Below are positions 56,084-64,000 of a stretch of 64,000 bases of DNA, piece by piece. Position numbers and translations under genes: made by a program. Position 1 is the stretch's first letter. Each line of letters starts with the position of its first letter. Source of the DNA: Patescibacteria group bacterium UBA924 (GTDB taxonomy: Bacteria > Patescibacteriota > Microgenomatia > UBA1400 > PJMF01); assembly GCA_002293725.1 (NCBI GenBank), contig DBDU01000026.1, positions 6,313-70,312 of the forward strand. Reading direction: 5' to 3'. The notes below the pieces were generated by a model. The model saw only the letters and a list, made by a program, of their open reading frames with translations. It ran no database searches and was not told the origin of the DNA.

Positions 56084-59000
56084 ATGGTTGATTCCCTTGC
56101 GCCAGCTGCAGAGCAGTTGAAGAAGTGCGCTGTTCATCACTCCATCTCTCAAAAAGACCTTGAACGACTTTTAGGTGTCATTATTGAGTCGCTTCAAGTT
56201 GGAGAGAGTGTTCGCGATCCAGAGACTCAACTTCCGGCTATCTATCCCGAGTGGTTAGACATCGAGTATGTTCGTGAACACTCACCCAACAACACAACTC
56301 CAGCTGGTTTTTACGTTAACCCCCGCTTGCAAAGGCGCAACGAAGAGACACCTGCTAATATTTTGGCGCTGAAAGATGTTTGTGACATTTTCAAAAGCAT
56401 CGCTGGTTTGGGAGAAGATGGTGACAACTTCATTGATGAAAAGATTCGGAGCGGTGAGTATGGTGGCTATGATCTTCTCGATGAAGAACAAGCTAACCTG
56501 ATCAACCGCATTAAAAATGATTACAATGGCGAACTACTCCCTCCGGACCTGAACTACCTTCGTGGTGACTCCCGTGTCTTACTATCTATCATCGCCACGC
56601 TCCATGCTGGATCGGCAGCAGAAGGTGAAGAAGTTGAAACGGTACTAACCCTTCCTGACGAGTTCAAAGCATTACTAGAGGGTGACCTTAACTTAGGCGT
56701 TTCTTGGGAGTGGGTAAAACCGCTCATTGAAGACGTTCTCCCCACGAAGCTCAATGCGCCTACAGTAGTTTTCCGTTACAACGATCAGAAACGTGCTGTC
56801 GCTGTCACCGAAATTCGTTTTTTCCTTAATAATTGGTTGCGAAAGTTCTACGAGGAGTACCAGCAACGGTTCCGTGAAGTTGGATTAGAGCTTCCTGAAA
56901 CAAAGCTGTTCGATGCAACGAACAAACTCGTTGCTTACTTTGACCTTCCTTATTGGGTTGAGCTGGATCAAGACATTATCACCTTTATCTCTAAAGAGCT
57001 CTCCCCACTGATTGAGCAGTATCTGAAACGTGGTCAGCCCACAGGGGTAGGCCTTGGATACCAAAAAGAAAATACCGAAGACGAAGAGAAAAAAGAGAAA
57101 CTTACTGAGAACATCAAGAATGTTGAAGAAGCTGACGATCTGCTTGAGCGTTTCTCACAAGCGGGAAAGTCTTACTCCCAAGAATCTGAACGTTTAACTA
57201 CCATTCTGTTACCTCAGTTGTTTAACATGCATGGCATCAGCCGTGATCTCACACAGCTGGGCCAGATTGATGATAACAGTCTCTTCCTGGTGGAGCGAGA
57301 GTTTAGACAAGAACTAGAAAACGTTCTACGTACTCTGACACCACAAGAGTTTGCGCTTCTTTCTGAACGTGGTGGTTCTCTGGAATTTCGTTTAATCGTT
57401 CTCAGAAAGTTGTATGGCAAGCTTTCTACAAACCCTCGTTTTATTGCTTCAATTCAAGAGTTCAAAGAAAACTATGTTTCTTACTTAGAAGAACGGGCTG
57501 CTGATGGTGACCAGGCCGCCCAACGAGAACTCAACAAACTAGAGCGTCAAATCAATCTTCCAGATCAGCGGTTTGATGAGGAGCTCGCTAAGAGCGAAAA
57601 AGTTCCGCCAGAAGAATGGACAAAGGAATTGAGTAAAGGTGGAAAAGGTGTTGGTGAAGTAACACTCCAAGAGTTTGCAGACCTTCACAAGATTTCCCAA
57701 GAGGATTTTCGTTTCCTCGCAACAAGACTTGTTGGAAATGATATCGACTTCCCAACACTCCTACGAAACTTAGACGTCATCATCGCTGAGCGGTGGTCGC
57801 CAGAGCAAATTCGTGGACTTGATCCCGGTGGTTCTACAGCTATCTTTGGTCTCGTTCTTCCAGATTATCTCACTCAAGATGGTCACCGTTTCCAACTCTT
57901 CCTCAACTTGTGTGCAGAGTACCTTTATGCCCGTCGCCAACATCTTGCTGACCACTATCAGCTGGATGCAATTAGTCGCCAGACTGGGAGCGGGTCAACA
58001 GACCTTGCCAGCCTCCAAGCCGCTCAAGAAATGGCTGAGCGGTACAAAGAGTATGGTGGTGGTGAAGCTCTGGTGGTCGGACGCGCCAGTGATAGTAAGC
58101 GTGTAGAAGAGTATCAACACGGAAACAAATTTGGCGTGGGAATTTCCGGAGTTCACAGTGAAACCAAAGAGCAACGAAAAGGACAGTTAGAAACTCATAA
58201 AAATACTACTCGTGCGCGTTTCCACGAGATGAGCATTGATGACAAACGGAAACAGCTTCAAAGTTTAGGTCTTTTAACTCCAGATAATGAACAGTTCATT
58301 GGCGATGACGAGCTGCGAATGGCTCAGCTTTTAGATACTGGACTTAATGAAGACTATGACGACGGTGTTCGTGGCTTGGATGACTTTTCGTACTACGAAG
58401 ACCAAGATAACGGATACGTCCAAGAGCAGCTTGGAACTGGACAACGAAGTATCCCTCAACGCTATGGAAGACCGGGTGGTCGCTCTCTGCTAAAAGGGGC
58501 TCTTAACTTAAAAAATCGATTCCAGAAAGCACAAAAAAGAATCAAGCAAGCCAAGAAGATTGCCAAAGCAGCCAAAAAACTGGCTGACAAAGGTTTAGAG
58601 AAAGTTGAAGCTGCTGCTGCATCGGTGGTGATGGGTCCGTTAGCACAGAATAAAACGCTTCGTCGTGGCATTCTTGGAGTATTAACAGCCCTCGTTCTTG
58701 ATACTCTAAACATGATCCAACAAGGCTTCTTTGCCAAAGTTGGAGCTTTTTTGGGTGGAGCTTTAGGTGGAATTGCTGGTGGAGCAGCCGGTGGTGTTTT
58801 TGTTATTCCTGGCGCAATTGTGGGCACCTTTGGTGGCGCTCGACTAGGTCATGGAATTGATCAGTGGTTTGCCAATACTTTTGGTGGTGCCCCCGAGGTT
58901 CGAGTCTCAAGCCCCGGTTTGAGCTTACCACTAGCTAAACAATCAGCCGATACTTTAACTGGTAGCGCCAAAGTTAGTGGCGGCGAGTTTGCCAAGACAA

Positions 59001-60151
59001 GTACTAATGCTTGGCCTGCAATCGCAACATCTGGTGGCTTCATGGCCACGGTAGGACTAGCTGGCGCAGTTATTACGGCTTCCATTCAACCCCCACCACT
59101 CGGAACTATTGGCGCTAGTGGACTGGAGTCTGAGTATGTGATCGTCGAAAAGGTCATTACTGACCCGGCTAACTTTACAGGAGATGTTGTTCCCTCATCT
59201 ATTACCTACACCATTAGTGTTGAAACAAAAGGTAACTACCAAATTGAGATCGTCAACTTCCAGGATCAAATTCAGTTAACCCCAAATACTGAGGTGCGTG
59301 GCTCAGAAGCACCCCCGGCGGCCCTTTCCTGTCCTGATTTTACATTTGCCAACCTTGCCACTCGGGTGATTGGTCCTAATGACGGAAAAGTTCAGATCGG
59401 AACGTGTACTATCACCCTTGATCAGAGTTACCACGATACTGGGATCTTTAATAAGTTCACCATGCAGTTTAAGGTTTCAGAAAATGGCCAAGCTGTCACC
59501 AACTCTAGCCCTGATTTCAACTGTGGTGAAACGAGCGATACTTTCTGTGCAATTTCTGGTGTTCAAGCCTGTCTAGGAGACTGTCCACTTCAACAAGAGG
59601 GCTGTTGGCCAACATCGGGAAGGTTAACTCAAGGTCCTGGAGGTGAGGGTTCTCATAGAAACACTGCTGCTATTGATATTGGTGCGAGGCTTGGTACGAA
59701 TGTCTATGCCACATTTGACGGCACTGCCTATGCCTTTGACACTTACGCCGCAGAGCCATCTAACCAAGGTTTGATTGATCGCACAGGAAAGAGTGGTGTC
59801 TACTCCAAGTCTTATGGAAAGCATGTTGTTCTCATTACCAATCAAGGCTTTGCACTTCTTTTTGCTCACTTAAATAGTCACTCTTCTACCCTGCGCTTAG
59901 GTACTCCAGTTCCAGTTACAGCAGGTACTATTCTTGGATATGTGGGAAATAGCGGAAGTACCACTGGCTTACAAATGGGAATGCACCTTCACTACGAGTA
60001 TCGCGTTCCAACGGGTAATAGTTGGCAAACGATACGATCTACCAATGGTGCTCAAATTATTGGGGTTCTTCCTAATGAAACCGGAGAAGCGTTTGTCTTT
60101 AATGGCACACGACAAGTTACAAGTTGTTATGATGCAAGTACTCCACAATAA
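56084..60151 (+). CDS. Giant membrane-spanning protein with glycine-zipper region and C-terminal M23 peptidase
   Basis: About 850-aa charged N-terminus, GAFLGGALGGIAGGAAGG..GAIVGTFGG, beta-rich domain, then WPTSG..SH....IDIGA..GTNVYATFDG, YGKHV, FAHL, GYVGNSG..HLHYEYR. Confidence 0.85.
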   Translation: MVDSLAPAAEQLKKCAVHHSISQKDLERLLGVIIESLQVGESVRDPETQLPAIYPEWLDIEYVREHSPNNTTPAGFYVNPRLQRRNEETPANILALKDVCDIFKSIAGLGEDGDNFIDEKIRSGEYGGYDLLDEEQANLINRIKNDYNGELLPPDLNYLRGDSRVLLSIIATLHAGSAAEGEEVETVLTLPDEFKALLEGDLNLGVSWEWVKPLIEDVLPTKLNAPTVVFRYNDQKRAVAVTEIRFFLNNWLRKFYEEYQQRFREVGLELPETKLFDATNKLVAYFDLPYWVELDQDIITFISKELSPLIEQYLKRGQPTGVGLGYQKENTEDEEKKEKLTENIKNVEEADDLLERFSQAGKSYSQESERLTTILLPQLFNMHGISRDLTQLGQIDDNSLFLVEREFRQELENVLRTLTPQEFALLSERGGSLEFRLIVLRKLYGKLSTNPRFIASIQEFKENYVSYLEERAADGDQAAQRELNKLERQINLPDQRFDEELAKSEKVPPEEWTKELSKGGKGVGEVTLQEFADLHKISQEDFRFLATRLVGNDIDFPTLLRNLDVIIAERWSPEQIRGLDPGGSTAIFGLVLPDYLTQDGHRFQLFLNLCAEYLYARRQHLADHYQLDAISRQTGSGSTDLASLQAAQEMAERYKEYGGGEALVVGRASDSKRVEEYQHGNKFGVGISGVHSETKEQRKGQLETHKNTTRARFHEMSIDDKRKQLQSLGLLTPDNEQFIGDDELRMAQLLDTGLNEDYDDGVRGLDDFSYYEDQDNGYVQEQLGTGQRSIPQRYGRPGGRSLLKGALNLKNRFQKAQKRIKQAKKIAKAAKKLADKGLEKVEAAAASVVMGPLAQNKTLRRGILGVLTALVLDTLNMIQQGFFAKVGAFLGGALGGIAGGAAGGVFVIPGAIVGTFGGARLGHGIDQWFANTFGGAPEVRVSSPGLSLPLAKQSADTLTGSAKVSGGEFAKTSTNAWPAIATSGGFMATVGLAGAVITASIQPPPLGTIGASGLESEYVIVEKVITDPANFTGDVVPSSITYTISVETKGNYQIEIVNFQDQIQLTPNTEVRGSEAPPAALSCPDFTFANLATRVIGPNDGKVQIGTCTITLDQSYHDTGIFNKFTMQFKVSENGQAVTNSSPDFNCGETSDTFCAISGVQACLGDCPLQQEGCWPTSGRLTQGPGGEGSHRNTAAIDIGARLGTNVYATFDGTAYAFDTYAAEPSNQGLIDRTGKSGVYSKSYGKHVVLITNQGFALLFAHLNSHSSTLRLGTPVPVTAGTILGYVGNSGSTTGLQMGMHLHYEYRVPTGNSWQTIRSTNGAQIIGVLPNETGEAFVFNGTRQVTSCYDASTPQ

Positions 60152-60174
60152 AGTGTCAGGAGAGTAACTAAAAA

Positions 60175-61227
60175 ATGACAGAGCTGCCCTCAAATCAACC
60201 TCAGTATGAAGAGCTTCAAGATATTCGCTCTTCACTTGAACAACCAAGAAAGAAACCGTCTCGGTTGTGGATCGGACTTGGAATAGTTGCTGTAGTTTTA
60301 TTAGTTGTCGCTGCTATCATCCAAACCTTCACTCCACGAACTGTTCGTATTCCCGAAACTCCTTTTGTCGTTACAAACTCGAATAACACACTTCCAAACC
60401 TAACAGAGGTTTCTTACTCCGGACCAACGCCAGACTTCCCCACTCAGTTTTCTGTATACGCCGTCACTCAGACACTCCCCGAACAAGTTGTTGTCGGTGA
60501 CATGCTAGCGAAGTACGGACTAATGAAACCCAGAAACGATGCCAACTACTGGATCAATGGTCCAATTTCATTAATCCAAGACACCTCTCCGCCAATGTAC
60601 ACACTAGTGCTCAAGGATCCTGAGAATGAAGCACTTCCTATTATTAACATCGAACAAGCTCGCTTAGTTGCCTCTCGTTTCATGCAAGATACTTTCCCTG
60701 AGTTTCAGTTTAGTTTCATCCCAGGATCTGAAGGTTACTTTATTCTCAGCACAGAGCCAGGTGGGCCCGTTCCCCCTGAACAAGCTACTGGCGTAACTCT
60801 TTCTTTCACTCCTACATTAGAAACTGAGAACTTGCCAATCTTTTATGACAAATCCTTTGAACCACCATTTATCGTTACGGTAGATGGAAACAACACTATT
60901 CGGACACTTCGTTTCTCACCCCTTTTTAAACAATATACTAAAGTTGATACCCAAAACGTCCTTTCACTCGATGAATCATTAACCCAAATAGAGAGCGGCG
61001 TGGCTTCAATTATTAGTGCCACTATTGAAGACATGAATAGAGTTTCGATGTCCGAGCTCACTGCTGCTAACTTTAGCTCTGTGGGGTTAGAGTATCGCCA
61101 AGATCCCAACTTTGACGTGCTCTATCCTTTCTTCCACTTCTATGGAACAGGAACCAGTAGTAATGGGGTGACTGCCGAAATTGAAGTGATCACTCCAGCA
61201 GTAAAGTTAACTGGCTTTCAACGATAG
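60175..61227 (+). CDS. Bitopic membrane hypothetical protein
   Basis: AGGAG SD; RKK plus one TM and about 290-aa extracytoplasmic domain. Confidence 0.75.
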   Translation: MTELPSNQPQYEELQDIRSSLEQPRKKPSRLWIGLGIVAVVLLVVAAIIQTFTPRTVRIPETPFVVTNSNNTLPNLTEVSYSGPTPDFPTQFSVYAVTQTLPEQVVVGDMLAKYGLMKPRNDANYWINGPISLIQDTSPPMYTLVLKDPENEALPIINIEQARLVASRFMQDTFPEFQFSFIPGSEGYFILSTEPGGPVPPEQATGVTLSFTPTLETENLPIFYDKSFEPPFIVTVDGNNTIRTLRFSPLFKQYTKVDTQNVLSLDESLTQIESGVASIISATIEDMNRVSMSELTAANFSSVGLEYRQDPNFDVLYPFFHFYGTGTSSNGVTAEIEVITPAVKLTGFQR

Positions 61228-61305
61228 CTATTTAGTAGTCAAAAAAATCCGATCTCAATCTAAAAAACAGAGTCGAAAACTGGTATAGTTCAGAACTACC
61301 TGTCT

Positions 61306-63276
61306 ATGAGAGAACACGCCTTACCGCAGGACGTTACTGGCTATAAATTCCACATCATCGGCAACATGACGCTAAAGCAATTTGGCGAGGTGGCAGCCGG
61401 TTGTATTGTGGGTTTTTTGTTATACCAAACCAACCTCTACCCGATGATCAAGATTCCCTTGATTATCTTAGCGGCTGGTTCAGGGGCACTTATTGCCTTT
61501 GTCCCAATTGAAGAGCGACCACTTGACCAATGGATCACTGCTTTTTTCCGCGCTTTGTATAGACCAACTCAGTACTACTGGAAAAGAATGGTTAAAATTC
61601 CTGAGCCCTTCTTATATGAACCTCGGGTTGAACTCAAAACAGTAGTTGCTGATGTTGACCTTACCCCAGCCCGTCGACAGCGAGTAAAGGACTACCTTCG
61701 TTCTATTGACGAGAAACAAGCACCCCTCGATCAACTTGAAACATATACTGAGCAGCGTCTTAATGAGGTCATGGGTGTCTTTGGTCAACCGCTTCAAACT
61801 CCCCAACTTGAGACAACCACCACACCAGAGCAAACAGAGAGTCCTGACACCACGGACATCTTGAATGCCAGTCCAGAAAACGTAAGCGATACCGTTGATA
61901 GTCTTTCCTTTACCGGTCGTGCAATGACAGAGGAACCCGTCATTGAACAAGGTCCCTCAGCTGAAGAAGTAGAAATGAGCAACAACGTCTTACGTTTATT
62001 CGATACTAACGAAACGGTTGCCCCAGAGCCAGAAGTTATCCCTCCCCCCCCTCAATTTGAACCACCAGCAGAAGTGCTTCCAGAACCAGCACCGGAAGTT
62101 GAGTTGCCCAAACTTGATAGCATTCCCGATAAGGTTGACGTTTCTATCCCAGAACAAGTTCCTGTTGAAGCTCCTGAGCCTACTCCACCGCTTGAACCAG
62201 TTCCCGAGCCAGAGCCCCCACCAGAACCGTTTCCAGAGCCAAAACCACTTCCGCAGCCTGAACCTGTAACCGAGCTGAAACCACCAAAACCAACCGTCTT
62301 GCCTGAAGTTAGTTTGGAACAAAAACAAGAGAACTCAGTTCAACTTCCTGAAAAAGCAGAAGCTGTTCCTGAAGATTTGACGAGTATTCCTGAAGTGGCT
62401 CTCGAACCAGACGAAACAAATACAGAAGAGCCGGCTCCTGAAACAGAGCTTCCTCAAATTTCTACCGTATTTGACGGTGGAGGTGGCTCAGCCTCTGCAG
62501 AAAGCTTGCCTTCCGTTTCTGTAGATACCTCAACGAAGTACAGCCTTAGCGCCCATGGTTCACCCAATGCAGACAGCAGCGAGGTCGCACAAATTGCCGA
62601 TGTCATTGCCAAAAATGCTGGAAACCCTGTCGGGACAGCGGGAAAGTTCCGTTCTCGTGGCAAGAACAGCGTTCAGTTTAAAACACGCCGCAACGACCCA
62701 TCATCAGAAGCAGTTCTGCCTCACATCTTAGATATGACTGGCTCTTCAGATTCAGTCATTATGAAGCCTAAAGAAACACCGCCGCCGCCAAAAGAAACTC
62801 CTCAATCAAAAGAAGTTCTTGTTCCTGAGCTCGAAGAAATTCGGGTTGAACGCACTGTGGAAGCTGCTGAGAATACCCAGGATAAATCCGATGACAAAAA
62901 AGAAATGTCGACCGCTGTTGACCCATCTCTCCTACAGATGCCTGAAAAGGAAAGTCCTGTGCAAGGCTCAGTAGCTGTCACCTTTAATGCAAACTTGCCA
63001 TTTCCAGAGAAACCTACCGTTGCTAACAAAGTGGTGGGCATGGTCATTGATCAAGCTGGAAACTCGCTCCCCAACACCATTGTGGAGATTCTCACACCTC
63101 AAGGGGTTCCGGCTCGCGCCGTCAAAACAAACCCACTCGGTCAGTTCTTCATCGCTACTCCGCTTAATCCCGGCGATTATCTGATCACCGCCGAAAAAGA
63201 AGGTCTTACCTTTGACACACATCAGTTGTCTGTCACAAATAAAATTATCGATCCTATTGAAATAAGAGCCAATTAG
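61306..63276 (+). CDS. PrgI-family protein with long Pro/Glu linker and C-terminal carboxypeptidase-regulatory-like domain
   Basis: HALPQDVTGYKFHIIGNMTLKQF plus two TMs plus ERPLDQW (PrgI); C-terminal GMVIDQAGNSLPNTIVEI..KTNPLGQF..PGDYLITAEKEG. Confidence 0.8.
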   Translation: MREHALPQDVTGYKFHIIGNMTLKQFGEVAAGCIVGFLLYQTNLYPMIKIPLIILAAGSGALIAFVPIEERPLDQWITAFFRALYRPTQYYWKRMVKIPEPFLYEPRVELKTVVADVDLTPARRQRVKDYLRSIDEKQAPLDQLETYTEQRLNEVMGVFGQPLQTPQLETTTTPEQTESPDTTDILNASPENVSDTVDSLSFTGRAMTEEPVIEQGPSAEEVEMSNNVLRLFDTNETVAPEPEVIPPPPQFEPPAEVLPEPAPEVELPKLDSIPDKVDVSIPEQVPVEAPEPTPPLEPVPEPEPPPEPFPEPKPLPQPEPVTELKPPKPTVLPEVSLEQKQENSVQLPEKAEAVPEDLTSIPEVALEPDETNTEEPAPETELPQISTVFDGGGGSASAESLPSVSVDTSTKYSLSAHGSPNADSSEVAQIADVIAKNAGNPVGTAGKFRSRGKNSVQFKTRRNDPSSEAVLPHILDMTGSSDSVIMKPKETPPPPKETPQSKEVLVPELEEIRVERTVEAAENTQDKSDDKKEMSTAVDPSLLQMPEKESPVQGSVAVTFNANLPFPEKPTVANKVVGMVIDQAGNSLPNTIVEILTPQGVPARAVKTNPLGQFFIATPLNPGDYLITAEKEGLTFDTHQLSVTNKIIDPIEIRAN

Positions 63277-63303
63277 TCTGGATGTTTGTTATACTTACTT
63301 CGC

Positions 63304-64000
63304 ATGCCCTCTTCACAAGCAATTACTTCTACTACCCAAGAGTTTCTCGATATCCACGACATCACGGATAATTTATTGCTGCTCAAAAGTGGTGGGGCAG
63401 CTCTAATCGTCCAAGTTACGGCGATGAACTTCGGCTTATTGGCCGAAGAAGAGCAAGATGCCATCATTTATGGTTACGCTGGCTTGCTCAACTCACTCAA
63501 CTACTCTATTCAAATTGTAATTCGCTCCCAAACAAAAGACGTTACCAGCTATCTCAACTTGTTGCGCCAAAAGGAAGAAGAAGCACTCAGCTCTGCCCGC
63601 AAAGAACAAATCCGACAGTATCGTGAGTTTGTTGCTGATCTTGTTCAAGAACGGAATGTCTTGGATAAAAAGTTTTACGTAGTTATTCCAGCTAGTGGCA
63701 TTGAACTCGGCATTGTTCAAGCTCAAAGTATTTTGCCTGGTGTTAAGAACCCTGATATTTCGAGTTTTGATCGCAGCATTATTATCGAGCGCGCCAACAA
63801 CCTGCTTGAGCCCAAGCGGGATCACATCATGGCCCAGTTTGCTCGAATTGGTATGTTTTCTCGACAACTTATGACTCAGGAAATTATTCAGCTTTTCTAT
63901 ACTGCGTACAATCCAGAAGCTTCTGATGGTCAAAAAATGACCGATAGTCGTCAGTACACGTCCACTGCTGTAGAAGGCAACCTGGAAGAAAAGATCTTTG
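63304..64000 (+). CDS. TraC/VirB4-N-terminal-like conjugation-system protein (3'-truncated)
   Basis: Read by hand; absent from the ORF track because it runs off the window: TQEFLDIHDITDNLLLLKSGG..VTAMNFGLLAEEEQDAIIYGYAGLLNSLNYSIQIVIRS..NVLDKKFYVVIP. Follows prgI. Confidence 0.75.
   Translation, partial: MPSSQAITSTTQEFLDIHDITDNLLLLKSGGAALIVQVTAMNFGLLAEEEQDAIIYGYAGLLNSLNYSIQIVIRSQTKDVTSYLNLLRQKEEEALSSARKEQIRQYREFVADLVQERNVLDKKFYVVIPASGIELGIVQAQSILPGVKNPDISSFDRSIIIERANNLLEPKRDHIMAQFARIGMFSRQLMTQEIIQLFYTAYNPEASDGQKMTDSRQYTSTAVEGNLEEKIF

Noticed and set aside
12357-64000. Integrative conjugative element or prophage
   Set aside because: No integrase, relaxase or phage structural genes; I saw no duplicated tRNA 3' end; the genes are interleaved with pth, recF and uppS.
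1-64000. Alternative genetic code (UGA = Gly or Trp)
   Set aside because: Long genes are intact in code 11, and TGA ends conserved genes at expected positions (ABC permease, pth).

Overview
This looks like a chromosomal segment of a small-genome Patescibacteria/CPR bacterium, probably Microgenomates-like. That placement is inferred from gene content, not from a marker gene. Standard code 11 applies (TGA is used as a stop). The left half (1-29 kb) is mostly housekeeping and envelope genes: sugar aminotransferase, glf, two Cys/Pro-rich surface proteins, a tRNA-Ile with the rare UAU anticodon, a MacAB-like ABC system, a VirD4-like coupling ATPase, an Lgt-DUF192 fusion, NagZ, pth, glycosyltransferases, an ATP-dependent DNA ligase, Fic, NnrD, RecF and a SpoIID-like protein. 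The right half (29-64 kb) is a T4SS-like surface apparatus locus. It holds nine VirB2/TrbC-like pilin genes, split by a lower mevalonate/UppS cluster and an ECF sigma factor. It also holds a giant Cys-rich protein with a lysozyme-like tail, a VirB6-like protein, large orphan proteins, a glycine-zipper/M23 protein, PrgI and a TraC/VirB4-N-like gene. The most striking non-coding element is a compact cobalamin-riboswitch-like RNA (about 54069-54236) whose leader sequesters the ribosome-binding site of an uncharacterised 612-aa gene inside this locus. Many genes have a -10 box only 6-8 nt before the start codon (leaderless pattern). I saw no CRISPR array, integrase, transposase or relaxase. All family calls come from motifs recognised by eye; no searches were run.
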